Counted from the stretch's first letter, positions 43,865 to 57,748 are shown. The stretch is 64,000 nucleotides of DNA from Octopus vulgaris (GCA_951406725.2 OX597835.1:34906001-34970000); one strand, 5' to 3'. Program-made: numbers and translations. Notes: generated by a model from the sequence alone, not told the origin.

Positions 43865-44152
43865 AACATTTATAAATGAGTGTGTGTGTGTATGTGTGTG
43901 TATTAGTTTGAGTGATGATGCGTGAGTGGAAGATAGCATGTGCGTTGCTTGATGTGTGACTGTCTGTGTGTATTTGTATGTGTTTATGCGTGAGTGAAGT
44001 TGTGTGTGTGTTTAAGAGCATGTAATGTATGGTTGTATGCCTTATTGTGTGTATATGTGAGTTTGTCTGTACATTCATGTTTGTATGTATGTCTGAGTAT
44101 GTATGTGTGTTTAGTTATGTGTGTGTGCATATGTGTGATACTCTGTCAATAC

Positions 44153-44225
<73 letters not shown>

Positions 44226-44332
44226 CACATTTTTGAGTTCGTGTGCATGCACACAGACACACACAAGTATGTATGTATGTATGTATGTATGTATGTATGT
44301 ATGTATGTATGTATGTATGTATGTATGTGAAA

Positions 44333-44373
44333 CTCGCTTGAAGATCGCCGAGGCATGAAACTCGAGTCGCGGG
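44333..44373 (+). ncRNA. Minimal type I hammerhead motif (U3 variant)
   Basis: ctcgc TTGAAGA tcgccgaggcat GAAA CTCGAG TC gcggg: 5-bp stem I, palindromic stem III, GUC, weak stem II. Confidence 0.65.
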
Positions 44374-44816
44374 ACAAACTCTCAGTTTCAGTTTCAATAA
44401 AAAAAAATCCTCTACAACATGTTTTTTCTCTTATTCGTTCGACATAGCAACGTAGCAACGTGACTCCGAACACGTCCTACTCATCCTGTGAAACTTTAAA
44501 CAATAATCGCACCTTATACCCATAAAACATATTTTTCTTTTATCACAAAATGGATGTTTACATATTAAGATAATAATAGTTATTTGTCAAAGTGTTGGGT
44601 TCCATATTTTGTTGGAAATCAAGGACAGGAAGAAAGACCAAAAATAAAAGATACAAAGAAGAAAAAAGCTGGAAAGGAAACATGCTAGGGAGGAAGAGAG
44701 AAAAGTAAAGGAAAAAAACAAGGACTAATAGATTTGTATGTGTGTGTGTGGGGGGGGGGGAGCGCTTTACAAAACTGGTGTGGTCTGTAGAGGTGGCAGA
44801 GGTTAGTTAAATGTTA

Positions 44817-44980
44817 GAACAGGAGTGGCTGTGTGGTAAGTAGCTTGCTAACCAACCACAGAGTTCCGGGTTCAGTCCCACTGCGTGGCATCTTGGGCAA
44901 GTGTCTTCTGCTATAGCCCCGGGCCGACCAATGTCTTGTGAGTGGATTTGGTAGACGGAAACTGAAAGAAGCCTGTCGTA

Positions 44981-45039
<59 letters not shown>

Positions 45040-45230
45040 TTGTGTGTCTGTGTTTGTCCCCCTAGCATTGCTTGACAACCGATGCTGGTGTGTTTATATC
45101 CCCGTCACTTAGCGGTTCGGCAAAAGAGACCGATAGAATAAGTACTGGGCTTACAAAAAGAATAAGCCCCGGCGGTGCTCCAGCATGGCCGCAGTCAAAT
45201 GACTGAATCAAGTAAAAGAGTAAAAGAGAG
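44817..45230 (+). mobile_element. SINE family A
   Basis: Full-length match with a small 3' deletion. Confidence 0.9.
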
Positions 45231-45309
45231 AATAATTAATGCATTCTAAGATAAGGTGGGTGGCAGAAGAAAGAGTGTTGTAAAAGATAGTGGCATAAAA
45301 ACAAGTTTA

Positions 45310-45616
45310 TAGTCAGCTTTGCATTCAACTACGTACACACTGAGGTATACAAATAAAAAAATAATAAATGTGCCCTTTTAAAGCCTAGCCAGGCTTATGG
45401 GCCCGGTTTCCCGATTTAAATGGCGTATGTGTTTCCCCAACTGGATGGGAAGCCAGTCCATCGCAGCGTTTCTCATTTTTGCCGGCTGAGTGGACTGGAG
45501 CAACGTGAAATGAAGTGTTTTGCTCAAGAACACAACGCGTCGCCCGGTCCAGGAATCGAAACCACAATCTTACGATCATGATGCTGACAGCCTAACCACT
45601 AAGCCACGCGCCTTCA
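45310..45616 (-). mobile_element. SINE family D
   Basis: Minus-strand head ggcgcgtggcttagtggttagg...gtttcgattcc. Confidence 0.8.
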
Positions 45617-45741
45617 CGATGTATACAAATATATATGCATATATACATCTCTCCCTTTCCCCCTTCTCTCTCGCGTTCTCTGTTTCTCTGTATATATGAA
45701 ATGAACTAAGCGGAGCAGGAGAATACACGTGGGCAGAGAGG

Positions 45742-45784
45742 GTCGCTGAAGAGGTCACAGATGTGTGACGAAAGATTTCCAGAC
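45742..45784 (+). ncRNA. Minimal type I hammerhead motif in a PLE-type tail
   Basis: gtcg CTGAAGA g gtcaca-gatg-tgtgac GAAA gatt TC cagac, then AATAAA. The downstream tail is related to those near 19510, 40130, 53770 and 58240. Confidence 0.7.
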
Positions 45785-45950
45785 AATAAACTTAAGTTAA
45801 AATAAGAACATTAATAAACGAGTGACGAATGAGTATATAGTGTGTGTGTTTATTTTGCGAAAAAAATGACCATCCCTAAAACACACGATTTCACATCGAG
45901 ACTCATGCAACACAAATTCATAAACGTGTGTGTGTATATATACATACATA

Positions 45951-46000
<50 letters not shown>

Positions 46001-46058
46001 TATATATATGCATAAGTATATATATATATATATATATATCATATACACCTAAACACAT

Positions 46059-46130
<72 letters not shown>

Positions 46131-46941
46131 GTATCTATGTCATGCTGCATGCCTACCTACCAACCTACCTACCCATCTATCTATGTCTACCTGCCTGGCT
46201 GTCTGTCTCTCTGTCCGTAGGTTTGTCTGTCTATCTGTCTGTCTATCTGTCTTCGTACCTGATTTAATATTATTTTTCACTTCTTTTAACGTATTTGCAG
46301 AGATGTCGAAGTTGAAATAGCTCCGGCCGGGGACGAAACCGTGATCCCATCATTAGATTACCTTATATATTAAAAAAAAGAAGAAGAAATTCTTGAAGAA
46401 ACAAATTTCTTCAGACTCTCTTTATCTTTAATTTAACTATTTAGTAAATGTTCAGTTTATTCAATTTATTTTACCAAGTCAAATTTAATCAAATAACTTG
46501 TTTCCACATCTTACTCAAAACATTCTATCTTCTTATGTATGTATGTCATTATTCAGTTTATTTCAAGATTTCTTGCCAGTAGAGAAAGAACCGGTTTCTA
46601 ACCTAGATCCAAGGCTCCTTCATTGGAATTTCAACATCAACAACAGGGTATGTATGTATGTATGTATGTATGTATGTATGTATGTATGTATGTATGTATG
46701 TATGTATGTATGTTTGTATGTAAGAGACCAAAGTGTACGTACGCCGCTATATCTTATACATTATACATATATTTTATACATATATTTTATACATATATTT
46801 TATATATTTTATATTTTGTATAATAAATACAAAAATGGGACAAGAACGCAAAACATCCAGACATGTAAAACAAAAAAGAAAAACAAAATATCCAGACAGA
46901 CGATACGAGGAAAACAAGGACGGATCATTCGGAGTTTTCTA

Positions 46942-47014
46942 TCCTCAATCAAGTTCCAGATTATCTTTGCAATTTCGGCTGGTTATACTCGAGATTGCTC
47001 CAATCTGGCCAGCC
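46942..47014 (-). ncRNA. Candidate non-canonically permuted hammerhead, copy A
   Basis: Reverse complement: GGCTGG CCAGATT gga GCAAT C TCGAGT ataa CCAGCC GAA ATTGC aaagat AATCTGG a ACTTGA TTGAGGA. Confidence 0.65.
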
Positions 47015-47683
47015 CCAATGAAAAATAATCTAAGAGCATTACATTCCTTGGAAGAAAGCAGCGAATGTATACGAAACAAGAACGGAAAAACCCCCCAGAA
47101 ATGTTACACAAATATAAATAACAGGACATAACAACAGGTGTCTTTCGACTAAGGACGATTTAAATTAAGCTGGCGTGTGTATGTATGTACAAATTTGTAT
47201 GTTTTATGTATGTATTCTCATGCATATAGTTGCATATCTAGACATGCTCATATATATTTAAATGAAAAACTTCTGGCAAGTTTTACAGATTTTTACAGTT
47301 CCAGTAATGGATTGGATCCGTAGTCTTCGAATTAGCTTTCTCCCTTCTGGCTTTGAGAAGCCTAATTTCTCAAGATTGGTTGTATGAACTAATAAAGCAA
47401 ATCTCAACATGTTAATCACGACAAGCTAGGAATAGAAACTGTCGTTTGGATTTACCTAAAAATTATTTGCTTTCCGTCCGGATTTCCTTCCCGTTGTACC
47501 GCTTACGTGCAGAAGGGAACTGGCCACATTTTTGTAAAGTGCAAAGAATAGCAGATATATTGATACAGATGAGCGTGAAAGGGTTACATTCCTATGGAAT
47601 ATGTGCATGCGCGCGTGAGTGTGTGCGTGTGTTTGTGTGTGCATGCGTTTGTGTGTACTGAAATTATCAATACTAATATGATG

Positions 47684-48097
47684 AAGGCGGCGAGCTGGTA
47701 GAATCGTTAGCACGCTCGGCAAAATGCTTAGTGGTATTTCGTCTGCCGTTACGTTCTGAGTTCAAATTCCGCCGAGGTCGACTTTGCCTTTTATCCTTTC
47801 GGGATCGATTAAATAAGTACCAGTTACGCACTGAGGTCGATATAATCGACTTAATCCGCTTGTCTGTCCTTGTTTGTCCTCTCTGTGTTTCGCCCCTTGT
47901 GGGTAGTAAATAAATAAGTATTTCGTCTGCCGCTACGTTCTGAGTTCAAATTCCTCCGAGGCCGACTTTACCTTTCATTCTTTCGGGGTCGATTAAATGA
48001 GTATCAGTTACACACTGGGGTTGATGTAATCGACTTAATCCGTTTGTCTGTCCTTGTTTGTCCCCTCTGTGATTGCCCCTTGTGGGTAGTAAAGAAA
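47684..48097 (+). mobile_element. SINE family B with a tandem partial duplication
   Basis: A second unit restarts at gtatttcgtctgccg (~47918). Confidence 0.85.
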
Positions 48098-48309
48098 TAT
48101 GAAATTATTTATGTTATTGTTATTTTTGTGTTTGGTTTTCATCCATAAATTTTGACATAATGCAAAATATGAACACACACACTCACACATACACTCGCAA
48201 ACGCACACATGCACACACGCAAACACATTAGGACATACGCTAATTACTCACCATATGCAAAACTCAATCCCAGTGCCTGATGCACTATCTTCCCGCATGC
48301 ATGTGTGTG

Positions 48310-48374
<65 letters not shown>

Positions 48375-48557
48375 ACATATGAACGAGTGAACAAACTGTA
48401 ACTAATACATATATGTATGTACATATTCACATATCCGTACGTTTAAAATGATACATCACGCCTATACATACATAAATGCATACAAACACACACATACTTT
48501 TCTACATCTATCTGTCTTTCTCTCTAACTGTCTGTGTGTCTGTTTATCTATCTATCA

Positions 48558-48615
<58 letters not shown>

Positions 48616-48642
48616 TTGTTTGTCTGTCTGTCTGTCTGTCTG

Positions 48643-48683
<41 letters not shown>

Positions 48684-48717
48684 GTGTGTGCTTCTATCTG
48701 ACTGCCCCTCTCTCTCC

Positions 48718-48767
<50 letters not shown>

Positions 48768-48871
48768 CTCTTTCGGTCATTGTCTATGTCTGTCTATCAG
48801 TCTCTGTCTCTCTTTTCTCTTTCTCTCGCGCTTTCTCCCTCCCATTCTCTTCTACACGCGCGCACGCACAC

Positions 48872-48936
<65 letters not shown>

Positions 48937-50517
48937 ATATATACAGAGAGAGAGAATGACTGAGCTACAAAGACGATAATTGCCAAGGTCTAAAGGTGTA
49001 TGAATCTAACGGATTTCACCCAAGGCTCCTATGGTGTTGTTATTAAAGAGACAAACTGCTCTACCCAATAATTAGCAAACAAATCTCCCGAGTTCGCTCC
49101 CTACCGGCGACACCAGGTTTTAGCAGGCCTGCAATTAACATTTGTAAGTTTGTATTACCGTCAATACTTCCACCACGGCGACGACGGCAGCCATCGTCAC
49201 CGCTGCAAGCCGCCGCCGCCGCAATCGCTGTCGCCGCTGACGCAGCCACCAGCTTTCACTAAAACCACTGATACCACGACAGCCTTTGCCAACATCACTA
49301 CCATTACCGTCATCATCATCATCATCATTATCATCATCATCATCATCGTCGTCACCACCACCACCTACATCGTCGCTACTGTCTCCGCCGTTCTGCCGCC
49401 ACCGCCTCCGCTGCAACAGTCGCCACCATATACCAACCACCACCACCACCACCACTACCACCACCACCACCACTACCACCACTACCACCACCACTACCAC
49501 CACCACCACCAACAACAACAAAAACACAACGCCCTTTCTGTCTCCGCCCCTCATCACGACTAATCATCATCATCATCATCATCATCACCACCATCATCAC
49601 CATCATCACCATCATCACCATCAACATCATCACTACCACCACCACCATCAACATCATCATCATCACCACCACCACCACCACCATCATTCATCATCGTCAC
49701 CGTCACCATCACCCTATATGAACCGTCGTCGCCATATATCCATAAATTTATAAACGGTGTTGTTGGCGGTTTATTGAATTCCGGGTGGCGTGGCGGGTAT
49801 ATTGTTGTGTTAATAGCAGAGGTGGATTATTGTTGTGTTGTTGGTGTGGTTGTTGGTGTTGTTGTTGTTGTTGTTGTTATAGTGCTGGCGGTAGTGGTGG
49901 AGCTTCGTGTGTACGTGTGCGTAAGTGTATATGTCTGTGTGTGTGCGTGGGATGGGGGGGGGGTTGTCATGGTTTTTGATATTAGTAATAGGGGGGGGGG
50001 GGGCGGTAGCGGTGATGGTGTTGATGATGCTGGAGGTGGCGGAGGCGGTATAGACAGAAGGGACGATAGAGGATGTGGTGGTGGTGGTGGTGGTGGTTGT
50101 GTTGTTGGTGGTGGTAGCGGCGGCGATGGTGGTGGCGTCGGTAGAGGTGGTGGTTGTGGTGATGATGATGATGATGACGATGGTAACGATGATGATCATT
50201 GGTCGTGATGAGGGACGGTGACAGAAGGGGCATTGGTGGTGGTGGTGGTTGGTATATGGTGGCCACTGTTGCAGCGGAGGCGGTGGCGGCAGAACGGCGG
50301 AGACAGTAGAGGCGGTGGTGGTGACGATAGAGGAGATGATGATGATGATGGTGGTGGTGGTGGTGGTGGTGACGATAGAGGAGATGATGATTATGATGGT
50401 GGTGGTGGTGGTGGTGACGATAGAGGAGATGATGATGATGATGGTGGTGGTGGTGGTGGTGACGATAGAGGAGATGATGATGATGATGGTGGTGGTGGTG
50501 GTGGTGACGATAGAGGA

Positions 50518-50628
<111 letters not shown>

Positions 50629-51129
50629 GGGAGTGCTGTTGATGATGACGGCAATGGCGTAAACGGAACGGTCGATAGTGGCGGTGGCTGTGGCTGTAGC
50701 GGTGATGGTGGTGGTGATAGTATTAGTGATAGAAGTGATACCGTTGAGGTAGTGGTGTTAGGTTGGTGGTGGTGGTGGTGGTGGTGGTGGTGACCACAGT
50801 GATTGCAATAATGGCATTGGTGTTGTTGCTGTTGTTGTTGTTGTCAGTGGTTTTGGTGGTACAACTGGCCAAGCACTCCACTGGCACGTGTACCCTTAAC
50901 ATAGTTCTCAGGGAGATTCCGCATGAGGTAGAAGATGACAAGGATGGCCCCCTTTCGAAATACAGGTACAACTCAATTTTTGCCAGTTGGGTGGATTGAA
51001 ACGGTAAAATAAAGCATCTTGCACAGGCACGACGCGCTGGCAGGAATCGAACCCGCGACCTTAAAATCGAGAGCCGAATATGCTAATCACCAAGCAAATC
51101 ACCCACCCCACATGGATATTCTTTTCTTT

Positions 51130-51445
51130 TATTCTTTTATTCTATTACTTGTTTCAGTCATTTGACAGCAGCCATGCTGGAGCACCGCCTTTAGTCGAGC
51201 AAATCGACCCCGGGACTTATTCTTTGTAAGCCTAGTATTTATTCTATCGGTATCTCTTGTCGAACCGCTAAGTAACGGGGACATAAACACCCAGCATCGG
51301 TTGTCAAGCAATGCCTTTAGTCGAGCAAATCGACCCCAGGACTTATTCTTTGTAAGCCTAGTACTTATTCTATCGGTCTCTCTTGTCGAACCGCACCAGC
51401 ATCGGTTGTCGAGCGATGTTGGAGGGGACAAACACAGACGCACAA

Positions 51446-51539
<94 letters not shown>

Positions 51540-51730
51540 ACACACACACGCATACACACACACACACACATATATATATATACGATGGGCTTTTTCAGTC
51601 CACTCACAAGGCTTTGGTCGGCCCGAGGCTGTAGAAGAAGGCACTTGCCCAAGGTGCCACGCATTGGGACTGAACTCGGAACTATGTGATTGGTAAGCAA
51701 GCTACTTACCACACAACCACCCCTGCGCCT
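51130..51730 (-). mobile_element. SINE family A with internal duplication and (GA)n/(CA)n expansion
   Basis: The gcctttagtcgagcaaatcgacccc block occurs twice. Confidence 0.85.
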
Positions 51731-51830
51731 GTCACACAGCCACTCCTGTATACACTCCTATATACACACAACAAAGGAACAGACACTTATTCGTCGTATG
51801 TAAAACCCAATCGCAGTGTAGTGTGGTACT

Positions 51831-51882
<52 letters not shown>

Positions 51883-52474
51883 TGCGTGAGTATTTAAGAC
51901 TATGATTTCGAGGGACATTTAGTTACTGTTTCTAATGTGACTGATGTGGGTGTCTGGTTTCATTTTAAGATGATATACAGTGGGCTGGCGAGACGAGGGG
52001 GATGAGGGTGAGGAGATAAATGATGGTCGGTCGTGGTGGGTTTGTGGTGATGGTGGTGGTGGTGGTGGTGGTTGTGTCGTCTATTATAGAGTGCGTTGAT
52101 CGCTGAAGGGTGAAGTGGGGGCAACTTGATAACATTTGCACCGAAATTAAACATAGGTTTGTACATTTGTCTGCAAGTCTGTCTGTGATGCGTGTATATT
52201 TACTCTGATCAATTAATCAATTGTGACCATGTGTGTGGGTGTGTGTGTGTATGTATGTATGTATGTATGTATGTATGTATGTATGTATGTATGTATGTAT
52301 GTATGTATGTATGTATGTATGTACGTATGTATGTATGTATGTATGTATACACACACACAGATATATATATATATATATATTGAAATGGATAAATGAATTA
52401 TCTTGTTACGGATTATTCAAAATAATAAAAGGAATTCTGTAGAATCTTCGTTCAGCTCCATTTCTTCCCTTCAC

Positions 52475-52537
<63 letters not shown>

Positions 52538-52827
52538 TACTGGGAGAAGAAGAAACGAAACGAAACGAATCGAATCGACGCGAGGGCAGTCAATCATACA
52601 ATAGTGTAATAAATAAAATATATGCATACATACATACATATATGTACGTACCTACATCTACATGTATATATACATGCATATATAAATATATATACGTGAG
52701 TACAGGAAACCACAAATAGACGTAGAACTCAACGAAAAACGAAAACGTAAAAACAAGCATGGAACGGACCTTTTTTTAACAACGAAAAAACAGAGTACAA
52801 GACAAACTACACAAGGAAAAATACCCT

Positions 52828-52903
52828 TCATCAGCTGTCCCTAGTTCAACTCCAGCGTGTTTCGAAGGTGAGGACAGAACACGACTCGTCGAACTAGCCC
52901 TTC
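52828..52903 (-). ncRNA. Candidate non-canonically permuted hammerhead, copy B
   Basis: Reverse complement: GAAGG g CTAGTTCGAC gagt CGTGT T CTGTCC tca CCTTC GAA ACACG ctgga GTTGAACTAG GGACAG CTGATGA. Confidence 0.7.
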
Positions 52904-53104
52904 CTGCGAAGAAATTAAAGAAAATTACTACGCAGAGGGGTAAAAACAAGGAAAGAACAAAATGTGACACAAACAGGACGTAAAACAATGCAAATAAAAT
53001 TACAATATAAAATAAAAATACAATTAAAAAAAATACAATACAAGAAATAAAAACAAACAAGAAAACAAACAAAGAGGGCCTTTTTTTGCCTAGACGAGGA
53101 GAGA

Positions 53105-53344
53105 TTCAAGGAGCGCAAGAAAACCGTGTATTTGTGGGTTTCTTTAAAACTAAACTGGATATCTTCTTGTCGGGGGTCTCAGATGTACCTACCTCACGAC
53201 AGGAGACACAGATGCGGGCAGCGGCATCGAACTCCCTTATTGACCAAGTGCCACGTATCAGAGGTGGATTCACATATTAGTGTAGCTCATTCAGCGGTGG
53301 TGCCCCAGCATGGCCGCAGCCTTCGGGTTAAAACATTTTAAAAG

Positions 53345-53345
<1 letters not shown>
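53105..53345 (+). mobile_element. CR1-group LINE extreme 3' fragment
   Basis: FKTKLDIFLSGVSDVPT..RAAASNSLIDQ, then the ggtgccccagcatggccgcag tail. Confidence 0.8.
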
Positions 53346-53390
<45 letters not shown>

Positions 53391-53423
53391 GGTTGAAAAT
53401 GAACACACGAGTTGATATATATG

Positions 53424-53636
53424 AAAAAAGGTCAAGATAGAAAATGCTAAAATAATTTTATTAAAAACATTTCAGTACCGGTTTCAGTCATTGAGACTTT
53501 TTCAACTGTAAGTATGGGAAACAATTAAATTGAATTGTTTCCCATACTTACAGTTGAAAAAGTCTCAATGACTGAAACCGGTACTGAAATGTTTTTAATA
53601 AAATTATTTTAGCATTCTCTACCTTGACCTTTTTTC
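53424..53636. repeat. Foldback with a U3-A8 hammerhead variant in each arm (53551-53586 +, 53473-53508 -)
   Basis: ~100-bp arms; cag TTGAAAA AGTC-tcaat-GACT GAAA CCGG TA ctg. Confidence 0.88.
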
Positions 53637-53661
53637 CATACATCCATCCATCATACATACA

Positions 53662-53732
<71 letters not shown>

Positions 53733-53823
53733 CATACACATACACGCACACACACACACATTTCGTTTATCAATTCGTTTTGCAAGATACCTGATGTGAA
53801 ATCGTGTGTTGAAACAGATATAG

Positions 53824-53864
<41 letters not shown>

Positions 53865-54054
53865 AGAGCAAAGTGTACGTATAATTTATATATACATGTC
53901 TATCCGGATGAATTTAAACTCAACCGTAGAGACGGACGAAATTCCATAAAGCATTTTGTTCGGTGTGCTAACGATTCTGCCAGCTCGATGACTTTTATGT
54001 CAGATAAGAAATAATGAGAGATAAAAAATCTATTGTTTTTTGTTTTTAGAGGTT

Positions 54055-54270
54055 CTACTCACTAAATATAAAAAATTGTACCCACTTGAGACAAATGGCT
54101 TGGAATCTATACCCATTAACATCTGGAACAGCGATGCCTCGGTGTTCTTGATATCCAGAAACTCTTTCCATATTCCAATACTTATGGCTTCTATAAAGCT
54201 TTACTGAGAAATCTCTCTCCCAGAAGAGCATAACGTTTAATTCAACTTCCTCAGTCTGAAGATAAACCAA
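54055..54270 (-). mobile_element. Possible ancient L1/Tx1-type ORF2 remnant
   Basis: LFWE...RGIAVPDVNGYRFQAICLKWV resembles the post-RT F.W...GG.G.PD...A..LKW pattern; weak. Confidence 0.3.
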
Positions 54271-56168
54271 GCATTATGATCTCAATTAGATATTCGCATG
54301 AGATGGTGCTATGTGAAAAAGAGTATGCACCTTCAAATTTAACTACAATTGTAGCACGTGTGTGTGTGTGCGTGTATGTGTGTATGTTTGTGTTTCTGTG
54401 TTTGTCCCCTCCCCCAACATCGCTTAACAACCGATGCTGGTGTGTTTACGTCTTCGTAACTTAGCGGTTCGGCAAAAGAGACCGATAGAATAAGTACTAG
54501 GCTTACAAAGAATAAGTCCTGATGGTTGATTTGCTCGACTAAAGGCGGCGCTCCAGCATGGCAACAGTCAAATGAATGAAACAAGTAAAAGAGTAAAGAG
54601 TTATTTTGAAGACGATGATTTTTGATGAGCTCCAATTGGCATATTTACGCTTTAAATCTAAAATAATTTTTATATTGATATTTCTATTAAATCTGAATGA
54701 AAAATGATATCTTTTGCACCTAAAGTTGCGCCTAAAAACATAAAAAGCTGACTTTTTGCACTTAAAATCGACATATGATTTATTGAATACACATACAAAA
54801 TATTGGAAAATCTGGAACACTCTTGTTTGTGCAACGACGCTATACTTCAAAATCTCACATCATACACGTATCGAAGTGTGGATTGAACTGAAACTAATCA
54901 AAATTTGAGAGACAGTGCAATGCTATCTCTCTTCTTAGTCATTTTCCTTTTTTTTTTTTATTATTTATGGTTATTTACAAAGCTTTCAATGTTTCACAAA
55001 TTTTTAGCGATTATTCTGGAAGTTGACCACGTTTTGCTTCATAAGTTATTTCTTTTCCTACTGTACCAATTTCGACTCAGTTTTCAGCGTTAGATTTCTT
55101 TCATTTAGATATTTTAAGGAAGCTTAAAATATCATATCTCTCCAATTTACACGCGCACACACACAAACACACACACGCAATAAATATAATTTCAAAAAAA
55201 AATATAAACTAACAGAGATATGATGACTTAACGAATTTAAAGCATTTGCTTTCATTCAAATTTGACTGCGTTTTAAAAAATTTCCTGCAAATATTTTGAA
55301 ATTTTTTAGAAATTCTTTTCACAAATCCAATTTTGATAAGATTTACAGAATTAGATTCCTATCATTGAGATCTTTTATTCGAGTTTAACTAAAACAAAAT
55401 TATTAAAAACAAAAACCAGAAAAAAAACCGAAGCAACTACAGCGCTCAGCATTTACGTTTACGAATTAATCGCCCATTCTTGAACACATATTTTATCGTA
55501 ACTTTTTTTTTTATCCAACAAATATTGACACAAAATACCTCAAAATGTTACAGAGTGTTGATCCTTTTCAATGAAACTTAACCACATTAAATTTGGTCTT
55601 GAATTGAATCAGTTTGAGGGAGTAAACTTGTTTTATCGTTTATCTTTCATTTCTTTCGGTTATAGAATTGCGGCCATGCTGGGGCACCGCCTTGAGGAGT
55701 CGAGCCCAGTAATTATTTTTTTAAAGTCTGGTACTTATTCTATCGGTCTCTTTTGCCGAACCACTAAGTTACGGAAACGTGAACGAACCGCAGCTTGACT
55801 TTCGGTGTCGGTTTGTTTGTGTCCCCCTAAGTTAGCCGGTCGGCTAAAGAGGCCGATAGAATGAGTACCAACCTTAAAAAAAATTCCTGGGTCGATTCGT
55901 TCGATAATGATACGATCGACAATTACTGAAACAAAATCAAAGATAGAGAGATAACATACACACACACACACACACTCGTACACAAACGCACACACATGCA
56001 CAAACTCACATACGCACACACACACACGCCCGCCTGCACACGCACAGAAACACCCACACATATACACACGCATACACAAACACACACACATACACACACG
56101 CACACACAAACACACACATGCACACACAAACACACACGTAAATATACAAACACACACACACTCAGGCA

Positions 56169-56203
<35 letters not shown>

Positions 56204-56796
56204 TCAGGCAAATACACACACACACACATGCACACACATATACAAACACACACACATACACAGTATATATATCTCATATCGATCATTTTAGAACCTGACC
56301 GAATTTTGTTTTACAAATTCCAATTTTAACGTAGTTTAAATTAAATTAAATTTCCCTCATTTAAATCTTTGAATAAGTTTAACTATACAAAATGCTTAGA
56401 GGTTTAGTCTTTACACTCAAATTTCACCCATTTTCGCCTCATAAGTTTTCTGTTCAGTAGCACCAATTTCAAGGATGCTTACCGAAAAAGATTCCTTTCG
56501 TTGAGATGTCTTACATGTAATTAAAATTAACAAGAAAATTATACAGACAATAAGAGACTATACTGCTTAGAGCTTGCATCTATTCGTTACTCACCCATGT
56601 TTAAGCATACACATTTAAATATAATTGTTTTTACTCGTCTAATTTTTGCATATGATATCTCACACTTTAGCGGAGCATTAGTCATTTAATTCGCTCAATA
56701 ATTTGATTTAAATTGATAACCTAGATATGGTCGCGGAGAAGTAAATAAAGCTGACTTAGAGAACAGTGTTTACTCAGGCAATGCGTGTATATAATA

Positions 56797-57326
<530 letters not shown>

Positions 57327-57748
57327 TTATTTGCCAACATAATATGGCAGTCCCAGTTGGGATGAATGTTACTGTAGTTTTAGCCTCAGGAAACATCGTC
57401 TCCAGCTGGCTATACGACACACATCTGTGTCCTTATATTTTCGAACAAGGGTGATTAATACCACCGCTGCGGACAGCGGTTTCTGGGTTACTTCTCTTCC
57501 TCGGCACTGCGAAAATACATATATATATATATGTGTGTGTGTATGTGTGTGTGTGTAAATATATATATACGTACACACACGTATATATATGCATATATAT
57601 AATAAATAATATATAATATATATATATATATATATATACATGCATATATGGGTACAGGACATCACCAACGGTGCAAAAAACATGAAATACGTAAACAAAC
57701 GAGAAAAAAAATGGAAAACGAGACAAGTAAACACAGAGAAAGGACCCT

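Noticed and set aside
52820-52870. Reading copies B and C as ordinary type II hammerheads using the AGGGU after the core
   Set aside because: The NUH/stem I strand lies upstream of GAAA, which no circular permutation allows, and copy A has no such pairing. It remains possible only as an alternative conformer.
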